The notes below the pieces were generated by a model that saw only the letters and a program-made list of their open reading frames with translations, had not been told where the DNA came from and did no database searches. A stretch of DNA of 64,000 nt from Clostridia bacterium (GTDB taxonomy: Bacteria; Bacillota; Clostridia; Christensenellales; RUG350), in the NCBI GenBank assembly GCA_017631635.1, contig JAGBSX010000022.1, forward strand, positions 18,659 through 82,658. The letters are read 5' to 3'. Position 1 is the first letter of the stretch. Each line of letters starts with the position of its first letter. Both the position numbers and the translations under genes were made by a program. Shown in pieces: positions 35,066 to 45,011 of this stretch.

Positions 35066-36172
35066 TTATTGACAATTATCTACAGGCACGGGTTTTTTGC
35101 GTCTAGAAGAGTAGATGTTGATAGCCATTTTGATGAGACTAGCCACGGGAGGCGCTATTATTAGCCCTATTAGACCTAGTAGTTCTCCTCCTATGAGTAC
35201 GCTGACTATCACGGTGATAGGGTGAATATTTAGTTTTGATTTGAGAACTAGTGGGGATAAAAACATACCTACTACGTTGACTATGATTAGCCCCCCTAAT
35301 ACCGTCCATAGCGCTAGCAGAGGAGTGTCGAATACTAGCAATATCGCAGTAGGCACTAGGGCTATATATCCACCTATAAAGGGTATGAGATATGCTAGTG
35401 CGAGTAATATGGAGAAAAATGGCGCGTAAGGTACTCCTATGATTAGATAATATACCAAAGATGCTACTCCTACTATAGATGATTCGGTCAATTTGCCTAG
35501 ATAGTAGCCACCTAGCACTACGTTGGCGCAGTTTAGTGAGCGATTGAGCATATTCTCTACCTTGTAGCCAAACAGGTGAGTGATAGCAGTCGATATACTG
35601 TCTGCTAGATAGGTGGTTTCGTACAAAATCATTATACACATCATCACGATAAGGGATAGTATTAAGATACCCTCGGCAGTACCCTCTATGATAGACAGTA
35701 GTAGATTGTACACCACAGGCAGAGCCTCTGATATAGAGCCTAGTATATCTCCCACTAGAGTTTCGGCGCTTATTTCGTTGAGAAAAGGTATGTTTTCAAG
35801 GATTGAGTCTAGTATCTCCACGGCACGAGACTGTATAGTGGGTAGATTTGAGATGAGTTGTTGGAGATTTGAGATGATAGCAGGCATAGTGAGGTATATA
35901 GCCCCCACTAGCGAACCTATCGTGGTCACTAGGGTAATGGAGATAGAGATACCTCTGAGCACCTTTTGATTTTTGACGCCTATGAGTTTTAGCAATAGTT
36001 CTACCAAGCGTATAGTTTGGTACATTATATAACTTAGAGCCAAGGCTATCAGTAGTGGTATAGCACCGTTGACGATAGCACCAGTCAGGGTGTAGAAGGT
36101 GTCTTTGGTGAGATGATATACCACTAGAGCAAGGGCTATGGCTATAGTTAGTTTGACAAATTTGCCTTTCAT
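35066..36172 (-). CDS. AI-2E family transporter (PerM/UPF0118)
   Basis: Start moved to ATG 36172 (MKGKF; AGGAG 5 nt upstream). About 8 TM helices and a family-typical C-terminal region. Confidence 0.75.
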   Translation of the reverse strand: MKGKFVKLTIAIALALVVYHLTKDTFYTLTGAIVNGAIPLLIALALSYIMYQTIRLVELLLKLIGVKNQKVLRGISISITLVTTIGSLVGAIYLTMPAIISNLQQLISNLPTIQSRAVEILDSILENIPFLNEISAETLVGDILGSISEALPVVYNLLLSIIEGTAEGILILSLIVMMCIMILYETTYLADSISTAITHLFGYKVENMLNRSLNCANVVLGGYYLGKLTESSIVGVASLVYYLIIGVPYAPFFSILLALAYLIPFIGGYIALVPTAILLVFDTPLLALWTVLGGLIIVNVVGMFLSPLVLKSKLNIHPITVIVSVLIGGELLGLIGLIIAPPVASLIKMAINIYSSRRKKPVPVDNCQ

Positions 36173-36259
36173 ACGCACTCCTATTCAAAATTTTTGATAT
36201 TCACTTGATTATTATTGCCAATATTGATATTATTATATAAACGAGTTTTTGGAGGGAGT

Positions 36260-37243
36260 ATGCAGATACTTGTAGTTGGAGCAGGTGCGATAGGTGGCGC
36301 TATGGCTGTCAAATTGAGTAGGATAGGACAAGTGACTATGCTCACTCGCCGTAGCCAAGTAGTAGACTTGCTCAAGGAGGGTATCTCTCTCACTAGCCTA
36401 GACGGTAGCGTAGAGGAGTGTCATCCATGCGTTGTGACACAGTTAGATGACGACAAATGGGATTTGGTGCTCCTATGCGTGAGAGCCTATGACCTAGAGG
36501 ATACTTTGGCGAGTATACTGCCTTTTGTCAAGGAAGACACTCCTATAGTAGCGCTCACCAACGGCGTAGTAGTCGGCGAGATGACTGCCCTAGCAGGAGA
36601 TAGAGGTGTATGCGCCTCCGTTGACTTCGGTGTAGGGGCGAGTGGAGATGGCAAATATTATATCAAGATAGACGGTGGCATCAAGATAGGAGACACCGTA
36701 GGTGGGACTGTCGCTAGCCGTGTCAAAGATATGATATCGGACGCTATAGAGGTAGAGGTGGTAGAAGATATAGTAGCCTCCACCTACTCAAAACTCATCA
36801 TCAACGCTATCATCACCTATACGGCAGTAGTGACAGGTTCGACTCTTAGGGACATCATAGCCAACTGCAGAGAGGTGCTAGACCAGATAATATACGAGGC
36901 GTACGCCGTGGCTAAGGCGTCTGGTATAGAGCCTGCGTCGTATAGAAAGATAGTATTTAGAGTATTTTGTCGCCGTGATATCATAGGAGGTATGTTTAGG
37001 AGTTGTGTGTGGAAATATATGACTGACAACTATGGCGATAGGACCTCTACCACAGCCGAGAGAATCGCTAGTGGTATGAAGAGTGAGGTGGACTATATCA
37101 CGGGATACGTAGTATCCTTGGGCAAAAAGGCAGGCAAACCTACCCCTATCAACGAGGCTATACTAGATATGGTCAAGAGGGTAGAAAGGGGAGAATTGAC
37201 TCCTAGTATATCCAATCTAACGGGTTTAAAATCATTGATGTAG
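36260..37243 (+). CDS. Ketopantoate reductase (PanE/ApbA) family oxidoreductase
   Basis: Start moved to MQILVVGAGAIGGAMA (GGAGGGAG upstream). Rossmann N-terminus plus an ApbA-type C-terminal domain. Confidence 0.7.
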   Translation: MQILVVGAGAIGGAMAVKLSRIGQVTMLTRRSQVVDLLKEGISLTSLDGSVEECHPCVVTQLDDDKWDLVLLCVRAYDLEDTLASILPFVKEDTPIVALTNGVVVGEMTALAGDRGVCASVDFGVGASGDGKYYIKIDGGIKIGDTVGGTVASRVKDMISDAIEVEVVEDIVASTYSKLIINAIITYTAVVTGSTLRDIIANCREVLDQIIYEAYAVAKASGIEPASYRKIVFRVFCRRDIIGGMFRSCVWKYMTDNYGDRTSTTAERIASGMKSEVDYITGYVVSLGKKAGKPTPINEAILDMVKRVERGELTPSISNLTGLKSLM

Positions 37244-37267
37244 CATACAATACCGTGGAGGTATTAT

Positions 37268-38263
37268 ATGCTACTACATATAGATATAGATAGACTAATA
37301 TCCAATATACGCACCTTGTCTAGAGGCTATCCGTATGCGTGTTTGGTGGTCAAGGCCAATGCTTATGGACACGGTTATGATATCGCTAGATATATAGAGG
37401 GCGAGGTGGACTATTTGGCTGTGGCTACTGCTGACGAAGGGGCTATGCTTAGAGATATAGGTATATCTATACCTATACTAGTCTTAGGGGTAGATAGTAT
37501 AGATACTCCCACCATAGTAGACTACCATTTGACACCTGTGGTGTATAGTGCCTCGCATATAGAGGGATTGCCTAGAGGGTACGAGGTACATATCAAGGTG
37601 GATAGTGGTATGCATAGGTACGGTCTACACCCTGCCGACTTGGTAGGATATGCTAGAGACTTGATAGATAGAGGACTAGTAGTGAGAGGGGTGTGTACTC
37701 ATATATATTCTACCTCGTCTATACCTAGTCAAGTGAAGATTTTTAACGAGGCTTGCGATAGTATCTCTAACATTTGTCCATCTGTCATTAGACACTTATC
37801 CTCGACTAGTAGTGTGGGGGTAGGTGGAGATATGTTGAGACTAGGGATAGGTGCATACACTCACTCTACCGTGATGAAGGTATCTATGCAGGTGCTAAAT
37901 ATACAGCGACTAATGGCAGGAGATACTGCTGGCTACGACGGAGTATTTAGGGCAGAGAGAGATAGCGTAGTGGCTATAGTGTCGGGTGGTTATGCCGACG
38001 GTATTAGGCGTAGTGAGATAGGCAGAGGATACGTATCTTATCTAGGGCATAGGCTCAAGATAGTAGGGGTATGTATGGACTGCACCCTAGTAGACGTGAC
38101 GGGCGTAGATATCTATATAGGAGACGAGGTGTGGTATCTATCTAGCGAGGTAGACCTACACGATATAGCGAGTAGACAAGACACGATACCATACGAGGTG
38201 CTTACTTCGTTTGGCGCTCGTGCCAAGAGGAGATATTATGAGAATAATAGCAGGAGAATATAG
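37268..38263 (+). CDS. alr: Alanine racemase
   Basis: 331 aa. PLP-lysine motif VVKANAYGHG. Later YGG..G pattern. Confidence 0.8.
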   Translation: MLLHIDIDRLISNIRTLSRGYPYACLVVKANAYGHGYDIARYIEGEVDYLAVATADEGAMLRDIGISIPILVLGVDSIDTPTIVDYHLTPVVYSASHIEGLPRGYEVHIKVDSGMHRYGLHPADLVGYARDLIDRGLVVRGVCTHIYSTSSIPSQVKIFNEACDSISNICPSVIRHLSSTSSVGVGGDMLRLGIGAYTHSTVMKVSMQVLNIQRLMAGDTAGYDGVFRAERDSVVAIVSGGYADGIRRSEIGRGYVSYLGHRLKIVGVCMDCTLVDVTGVDIYIGDEVWYLSSEVDLHDIASRQDTIPYEVLTSFGARAKRRYYENNSRRI

Positions 38264-38768
38264 AGGTAGACAGATAAACGCACCTGATTCTTCGAGACCT
38301 ACACTAGACAGAGTGAGGGAAAATCTATTTAATATACTAGGGCCGTCTATCAGGGGGGCTAGAGTACTAGATTTGTTCGGTGGCTCGGGAGCGCTAGGTA
38401 TAGAGGCGATATCCAGAGGTGCTACTGCAGATATATGCGATATAGATAGTGGCGCTATCAAGATGATTAGGGCAAATCTAAGTTTGCTCAAAGCAACTGC
38501 AGGGGTGTATCATATAGATTACAAGAGATACCTAGAGAATACCTCAAATACCTACGATTATATATTCGTAGACCCTCCATACGAGAGTGAGTATATCGTC
38601 GATATACTCAATATAGTGAAGGATAGGGGTTTGCTAAATAGTGGTGGGGTTATCGTCTACGAACACTCTAGCGACAAGAAGGTAAATATCGACGTGGAGG
38701 GATACTTTGTCAAAGATACTCGCAAGTACGGACACGCCACACTCACCTTTATCAAGGAGGACTTATGA
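38238..38768 (+). CDS. rsmD: 16S rRNA (guanine966-N2)-methyltransferase RsmD
   Basis: Start moved to MRIIAGEYRGR (GAGGAG upstream). Motifs RPTLDRVRE, LDLFGGSGALGIEAISRGA, DPPY. Confidence 0.9.
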   Translation: MRIIAGEYRGRQINAPDSSRPTLDRVRENLFNILGPSIRGARVLDLFGGSGALGIEAISRGATADICDIDSGAIKMIRANLSLLKATAGVYHIDYKRYLENTSNTYDYIFVDPPYESEYIVDILNIVKDRGLLNSGGVIVYEHSSDKKVNIDVEGYFVKDTRKYGHATLTFIKEDL

Positions 38769-39262
38769 GTACAGTAGCAGTCACAGGCAGTTTTGATCCT
38801 ATCACCATAGGACACCTAGAGATAATCCGTAGAGCCAAGGCTATTTTTGACAAAGTAGTAGTGCTCATACTTGACAATCCTCAAAAAAAGTATATACTAG
38901 ATATAGAGAGTAGAGTGCTACTCTGTCGGGAGGCTACTAGCGACCTAGAGGGCGTAGAAGTGTGTTATTACGACGGATATGCAGTCGAATATTGCTTGAC
39001 TCACTCTATATCTGCGATAGTGCGTGGTATTAGAAATAGTCAAGATTACGAGTATGAGAAATGGCTAGAGAGCGAAAATCGCAAAATAGGCGAGATAGAG
39101 ACGGTGTATCTACACGCCGATAGTGAATACGTAGAGGTTAGTTCGACCAAGGCTAGACAGATGCTAGTGGAGGGAGATACTAGCATAATACCAGTATCTA
39201 GACAAACTATAGAAAAAGTGTGGAGGGAGACTTATGGAAAACCTAATGAATCTAATAGATGA
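38765..39262 (+). CDS. coaD: Phosphopantetheine adenylyltransferase
   Basis: 165 aa. The GSFDPITIGHLEII motif. rsmD-coaD synteny. Confidence 0.9.
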   Translation: MSTVAVTGSFDPITIGHLEIIRRAKAIFDKVVVLILDNPQKKYILDIESRVLLCREATSDLEGVEVCYYDGYAVEYCLTHSISAIVRGIRNSQDYEYEKWLESENRKIGEIETVYLHADSEYVEVSSTKARQMLVEGDTSIIPVSRQTIEKVWRETYGKPNESNR

Positions 39263-39698
39263 ATTGGAAAATGAACTAATAGGTAGCACTAGTGGAGTAT
39301 TTGGTCGCAAAAAGGTAGACGTAGACAGATGTCTTAGTCTAGTCAATGAACTTAGGAGTATTATGCCCTCGGCAGTCAAAGAGGCAATAGTACTGATGCA
39401 AAACGAGGAGAAGTACAAAGAGGAGACGGAGAATTATTGCACCAAGATAGTAGACGACGCCCAGGCTAGAGCCGAGGAAATACTCTCGCAGAGCGAGATA
39501 CTAAAACGCGCTGAGAGAGAGGCAGAGACCATACGTGCTCAAGCCCTGCAATACTACGATACTATGAAACAAAATGCGCGTGATTATGTAGACGCTATGC
39601 TCAAGGATATGGAGAACTTCTTGGCAGACAATATCGCTTGCATTAGAAATAATCGTGAAGAACTCAGAGGTTCTATGGTCAATCGCCAACCAAAATAA
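39234..39698 (+). CDS. Hypothetical coiled-coil protein
   Basis: 154 aa, heptad-rich and charged, GGAGGGAG upstream. Overlaps the coaD end. Family not confidently recognised. Confidence 0.55.
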   Translation: MENLMNLIDELENELIGSTSGVFGRKKVDVDRCLSLVNELRSIMPSAVKEAIVLMQNEEKYKEETENYCTKIVDDAQARAEEILSQSEILKRAEREAETIRAQALQYYDTMKQNARDYVDAMLKDMENFLADNIACIRNNREELRGSMVNRQPK

Positions 39699-39724
39699 AT
39701 AACGGTCAATTTATTTTTTGACAA

Positions 39725-39756
39725 TCAAAAAACTGCCCAAGTCGGCAGTTTTTTTG
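39725..39756. terminator. Bidirectional rho-independent terminator
   Basis: 7-bp stem AACTGCC/GGCAGTT, 6-nt loop, A-run upstream and T7 downstream. Confidence 0.75.
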
Positions 39757-39809
39757 TACTTTTATTTTATTCGCTCTATCCTATAATATTCGCGTGCGTA
39801 CGCGTGAGA

Positions 39810-40892
39810 CTACATGCTGTATTTGAGTAGAGGTATCTTTTTGGATATTCTATAGGTGAGATAATAGCAGACTATAGAGATGATGACCGTGAGTAGATAC
39901 ACTACTACGGATACTATCACGGAATCAGTAGGAAAGGTAGGGGCTAGGGCTTGTATTAGATAAAAACTCCAGTATAGTAGTACAAAGTGAAATGGATACA
40001 TATACGCAGATGCTCTGCGCATATGAGCATATCTATGGTGTGGAGTCAAATTGATACTCTTGACGTAGCCAAATAGCATAGCCGAAAAGGGTACTAGAGT
40101 GATATAGCAATCAGGCGCTCTAGATATATCGGCTAAGTTGAGTATCACTAGTTCTATATACATCAGCAAAAATAATACTATGAGCATCCATAGTTTTGGC
40201 GTTTTGATAGATGGATTGTCGGCGAATATCTTGCCTATCGCTACGAATATGAGCGCATTGAGAGGGGTGTGATATATCGCGCCTATCTCGTGTACAGAAG
40301 ATACGATAGGGTATATAGGAGTATCTTCGAGTAGACCTAGGTAGGATGAGGATAGACATGCTAGTAGATATCCTAGTGTGGCTATGATTATCAACAACTT
40401 GCTACGATTGCGTAATGCGTAGACTATCAAAGTAGCCACTATCATACTCACCATATACCAAGCCCCGTCGTATAGTCCCCACACTATCAATTTGACCAAT
40501 ATCTGCCACCAAGCGAGAGGAGTGGTGGAGAATACGTGTTTTGAGAGCACGATAGGTACATTTAGAACTAGCCAAAAAGCGTATAGTATGAGTATTCGCT
40601 TGACAAAGTGCTTGACTATGCTCCATCTGTCCGTAGGTTGAGCATTTAACTTTGAAAACAAAAAGAAAGAGGACGTCACGAAGAAAAAAGGCACAGCGTA
40701 TCTGGTCAATAGGTGTGCTATAGGCAATAGATATACTAACACGGGATTAGTAGCGTCGTGAGGAATCCCCCCGTCTACTGATAGCCCCTGCATAGAATAG
40801 GTGACGCTATGTAGGGCTATGACCATGATAGCGCACCAAAATTTCATAAAGTCTAGCGAATAGTATTGAGTTTTTGTGGATAAATTGTTCAT
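39810..40892 (-). CDS. Acyltransferase family 3 membrane protein (O-acyltransferase)
   Basis: 360 aa, about 10 TM helices. The N-terminal LDFMKFWCAIMVIALH pattern is typical of Acyl_transf_3. Confidence 0.75.
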   Translation of the reverse strand: MNNLSTKTQYYSLDFMKFWCAIMVIALHSVTYSMQGLSVDGGIPHDATNPVLVYLLPIAHLLTRYAVPFFFVTSSFFLFSKLNAQPTDRWSIVKHFVKRILILYAFWLVLNVPIVLSKHVFSTTPLAWWQILVKLIVWGLYDGAWYMVSMIVATLIVYALRNRSKLLIIIATLGYLLACLSSSYLGLLEDTPIYPIVSSVHEIGAIYHTPLNALIFVAIGKIFADNPSIKTPKLWMLIVLFLLMYIELVILNLADISRAPDCYITLVPFSAMLFGYVKSINLTPHHRYAHMRRASAYMYPFHFVLLYWSFYLIQALAPTFPTDSVIVSVVVYLLTVIISIVCYYLTYRISKKIPLLKYSM

Positions 40893-41038
40893 ATTACCTA
40901 CCTATTTTGGCTACATTATAACATTTTTTGTAAAAATAATCAACGCATTTGTAAAAAACGAAAAAAATATAGCGAAAAAAATAGAAATAAACAGCCGAAA
41001 AATATAAAAAATAGTTAAAATTTTTTGTGTTAAAAGTG

Positions 41039-41067
41039 TTGACTAGTTGAAAAAGTGGTGTTATAAT
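41039..41067 (+). promoter_or_regulatory. Predicted strong promoter of rpoBC
   Basis: TTGACT-17 nt-TGtTATAAT (extended -10), preceded by multiple A-tracts. Implies a 5' UTR of about 140 nt. Confidence 0.65.
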
Positions 41068-41209
41068 AGTAAAATGCAAAATTATTGTGAGGGTGTGCCC
41101 TCTGATAAGTTTACGGGTAGGGGAAATTGTGCTTTTACGTAGTAAATATTGCAAATATTTTGAATAACTTTTTAGTTTTTAATAACAATTTTTTAAGGAG
41201 TGTGACATA

Positions 41210-44200
41210 ATGGCTCAGAGAGTTCACAAGGTCAATTACGGCAAGACAGAAAGAATGTGCTTTTCCAAGATAAAAGAAGTCTTGGATATTCCGTACCTCA
41301 TCACTATCCAAAAGGATTCGTACAAGGATTTTGTCGAAGAGGGTATAGCAGAAGTTCTCAAGGATTTTTCTCCTATCAACAACTTCAGCAATACTATATC
41401 TTTGGAGTTTTTGGATTTTAATTTTGACGGAGAGCCAAAGTATTCTGAGAAGGAGTGCAGAGACCGTGACGCTACATACGCACGTCCTCTCAAGGTTAAG
41501 GTAAGACTCACAGTCAAAGATACCGACGAGATGATAGTGCAAGACGTCTTCATGGGAGATTTTCCTCTCATGACCGAAAATGGTTCGTTTATCATCAACG
41601 GAGCAGAGAGAGTTATCGTTAGCCAACTAGTGCGTAGCCCTGGTGTATATTGCGATATGACTCAAGATCGCACCGGCAAGAAGATGTTCTCTGCCCAAGT
41701 TATCCCAAATCGTGGTGCTTGGCTAGAGTACGAGCAGGATGCCAACGACGTACTATGGGTCAAGGTAGACCGTACTCGTAAAGTACCTGTCACCGTACTA
41801 CTCAGAGCATTGGGATACGGAGACAACGATTGTCTAATGAAGACCTTTGACAATCATCCTATCATAGCCAATACTATCGCCAAGGATAGTTCTCGTACCC
41901 AAGACGAGGCTCGTATCGAACTATACAAGAGACTTCGTCCAGGCGAGATACCAAATATAGACGGAGTACGTATCCTCATAGAGAATATGTTCTACGACGT
42001 AGGCAGATACGACCTATCTAGAGTAGGTAGATACAAGTTTAACAAGAAGTTGTCTCTACTCAATCGTGTAGTAGGACTAGAGTGTGCAGAGGACGTGAGT
42101 GACGAGACTACTGGAGAGATACTTGTCTCCAAGGGCGACGTCATTAGCGAGGAGCAAGCCTTGGCAGTCAAGAATGCTGGTATCGCTACTATCAGAGTTA
42201 AGTGCGAAGATAGTGACGACACCTTCTTGGTCTCCTCCAACCAAATGGTAGATTTGAGAGAGTACGTAGCCCTCAGCGACGAAGACAAGAAGGATTTGCA
42301 TTACCTATTGCCTGAGTTTGAGGTGTACTATCCTGCCCTCAAGAAGATGATGGAGGACTACCCAGAGCATGATGATTTGATAGCAGTTATCAAGGCTCAT
42401 ACCGAAGAACTCAGCTACAAGCACATCATACTATCCGACATAGTGGCTACCGTCAACTATATCCTAGGACTCAACCACGATATAGGTAATATCGACAATA
42501 TCGACCACTTGGCAAACCGTCGTATACGTTCGGTAGGAGAATTGTTGCAAAATCAATTCCGTATAGGTATGTCCAGACTCAAGAGAGTCATCCAAGAGCG
42601 TATGAGCATAGTACAAGAGACCTCTGATATGTCTCCTATGTCTCTCATCAATATACGTCCTGTGACTAGCGCTATCAAGGAGTTCTTTGGTTCATCACAA
42701 TTGTCTCAATTTATGGACCAACTCAACCCTATCGCCGAACTTACTCACAAGCGTAAGTTGTCTGCTCTAGGACCTGGTGGTCTCAACCGTGATAGAGCAT
42801 CTATCGAAGTGCGAGACGTTAACCACTCTCACTACGGTCGTATGTGTCCTATCGAGACTCCAGAAGGACAAAATATCGGTTTGATATCATCTTTGTCCAC
42901 CTTCGCTCGTATCAACGAGTATGGATTTATAGAGAGCCCTTATCGTAAGGTAGAGAAGGGTACTGGTATAGTCACCGACGAAGTTAGATATCTAGACGCT
43001 GACGAAGAGGACAAGTACATAGTAGCACAGGCCAACGAGCCACTAGATGAGGACAATAGATTTGTCAACAAGAGAGTAGAGTGTCGTATCAAGGAGGATA
43101 TCCGTGAGGTAGACGCCAAACTCGTAGACTATATGGACGTATCTCCTGGTCAATTGGTATCTGTAGCGACAGCACTCATACCATTTTTGGAGAACGACGA
43201 TACCAACCGTGCGCTCATGGGCTCAAACATGCAACGCCAAGCAGTACCTCTCATCTCTCCAGAAGCACCTATGATTGCTACTGGTATAGAGCACAAGGTC
43301 GCATATGATAGTGGTGTCATGGTTATCGCCAAAGAGGACGGTGTTATCGACTCTATCACCGGCGACACTATGGTCATCAAGGCAGACGACGGTTCACTAC
43401 ATACCTACACTCTACACAAGTTTATGCGTAGCAACCAAGGTATGTGTATCAACCAACGTCCTCTACTACACAAGGGCGACAGAGTTAAGAAGGGTGACGT
43501 CATAGCAGACGGACATTCTACTGACAATGGAGAATTGGCTCTAGGTAGAAATATCCTAGTAGGATTTATGACCTGGGAGGGTTATAACTACGAGGACGCT
43601 ATACTTATCAACGAAGACCTAGTCAAGGACGACGTATTCACATCTATACATATAGAGGAGTACGAGACTGAGGCTAGAGATACCAAACTAGGTGAGGAGA
43701 CTATCACCCGTGATATACCTAACCTAGGAGCAGACGTACTAGCAAATCTAGACGAAGAGGGTATTATCCGTATCGGTGCTGAAGTACATAGCAACGATAT
43801 ACTAGTAGGTAAAGTATCTCCTAAGGGCGAGACCGAACTCACTCCAGAAGAGAGACTTATCCGTGCTATATTCGGCGAGAAGACTAGAGACGTCAGAGAC
43901 ACTTCGCTACATATGCCTCACGGTGAGAGTGGTATAGTAGTAGACGTCAAGGTATTCACTCGTGCCAACAAGGATGAACTATCACCAGGCGTTAATAAAC
44001 TCGTTAGAGTTTACGTCGCTCAGAAGCGTAAGATTGGCGTAGGTGACAAGATGGCTGGACGCCACGGTAACAAGGGCGTTATCTCCAGAGTAATGTCACG
44101 TGCAGATATGCCATATATGGCAGATGGTACTCCACTCCAAATCATACTCAACCCTCTAGGCGTTCCTTCTCGTATGAACATAGGACAAGTACTAGAGGTA

Positions 44201-44998
44201 CACTTGGGACTAGTGTCCAAGATGCTAGGATGGAAGGTATCTACCCCTGTATTCAACGGTGCTAAGGAGAGTGATATCAGCGAACTATTTGACCAAAACG
44301 GTCTACCTGCTGATGGTAAGATGCTCCTCTACGACGGACGTACAGGCGAGCCATTTGAGAATAGAGTCACAGTAGGCTATATGTACATGATTAAGTTGTG
44401 TCACATGGTAGCCGACAAGATACACGCACGTTCGACTGGACCATACTCACTAGTCACCCAACAACCTCTCGGAGGTAAGGCTCAATTTGGTGGACAGAGA
44501 TTTGGTGAGATGGAGGTATGGGCTATAGAGGCATACGGCGCTGCCAATATCCTCCAAGAGATACTCACAGTCAAGTCCGACGATATTATCGGTCGTACCA
44601 AGACTTACGAATCTATCGTCAAAGGTAACAACATATCCGAGCCTGGTATACCAGAGTCCTTCAAGGTGCTCATCAAAGAGTTGCAAAGTTTGGCTCTAGA
44701 CGTCAAGGTAATCTCTGACAATAGAGATGAGATAGATATCAAAGATCTTATCGAAAATGATCCTGACCTTGCCACCTCAAACGACAAAGATCCAGATCTT
44801 GACGAAGTCATACTCGGTGGTCAAAATAGCGAAGACCTATTTGGCTCATATGACGACGCAGGTGAGGATGATGAGGATATCAATCTATTTGACGAAGACG
44901 TTGACGACGACGATTTTGGATTTAGCATCAAGTCGTTTGATGAAGTTGACGACGATTATGATATACCTGAGGGTTTGTACGACGGTAAGGACGAGTAA
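41210..44998 (+). CDS. rpoB: DNA-directed RNA polymerase subunit beta
   Basis: 1262 aa. Unmistakable RpoB motifs ([35 protein letters not shown]). About 85-aa acidic C-terminal tail. Confidence 0.98.
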   Translation: MAQRVHKVNYGKTERMCFSKIKEVLDIPYLITIQKDSYKDFVEEGIAEVLKDFSPINNFSNTISLEFLDFNFDGEPKYSEKECRDRDATYARPLKVKVRLTVKDTDEMIVQDVFMGDFPLMTENGSFIINGAERVIVSQLVRSPGVYCDMTQDRTGKKMFSAQVIPNRGAWLEYEQDANDVLWVKVDRTRKVPVTVLLRALGYGDNDCLMKTFDNHPIIANTIAKDSSRTQDEARIELYKRLRPGEIPNIDGVRILIENMFYDVGRYDLSRVGRYKFNKKLSLLNRVVGLECAEDVSDETTGEILVSKGDVISEEQALAVKNAGIATIRVKCEDSDDTFLVSSNQMVDLREYVALSDEDKKDLHYLLPEFEVYYPALKKMMEDYPEHDDLIAVIKAHTEELSYKHIILSDIVATVNYILGLNHDIGNIDNIDHLANRRIRSVGELLQNQFRIGMSRLKRVIQERMSIVQETSDMSPMSLINIRPVTSAIKEFFGSSQLSQFMDQLNPIAELTHKRKLSALGPGGLNRDRASIEVRDVNHSHYGRMCPIETPEGQNIGLISSLSTFARINEYGFIESPYRKVEKGTGIVTDEVRYLDADEEDKYIVAQANEPLDEDNRFVNKRVECRIKEDIREVDAKLVDYMDVSPGQLVSVATALIPFLENDDTNRALMGSNMQRQAVPLISPEAPMIATGIEHKVAYDSGVMVIAKEDGVIDSITGDTMVIKADDGSLHTYTLHKFMRSNQGMCINQRPLLHKGDRVKKGDVIADGHSTDNGELALGRNILVGFMTWEGYNYEDAILINEDLVKDDVFTSIHIEEYETEARDTKLGEETITRDIPNLGADVLANLDEEGIIRIGAEVHSNDILVGKVSPKGETELTPEERLIRAIFGEKTRDVRDTSLHMPHGESGIVVDVKVFTRANKDELSPGVNKLVRVYVAQKRKIGVGDKMAGRHGNKGVISRVMSRADMPYMADGTPLQIILNPLGVPSRMNIGQVLEVHLGLVSKMLGWKVSTPVFNGAKESDISELFDQNGLPADGKMLLYDGRTGEPFENRVTVGYMYMIKLCHMVADKIHARSTGPYSLVTQQPLGGKAQFGGQRFGEMEVWAIEAYGAANILQEILTVKSDDIIGRTKTYESIVKGNNISEPGIPESFKVLIKELQSLALDVKVISDNRDEIDIKDLIENDPDLATSNDKDPDLDEVILGGQNSEDLFGSYDDAGEDDEDINLFDEDVDDDDFGFSIKSFDEVDDDYDIPEGLYDGKDE

Positions 44999-45011
44999 AA
45001 GGAGATAGACA

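Noticed and set aside
44740-44998. Long acidic low-complexity C-terminal tail of RpoB ([31 protein letters not shown], among others).
   Set aside because: Acidic C-terminal extensions of RpoB occur in other Firmicutes, including Bacillus. This is a lineage-variable feature rather than a novelty.
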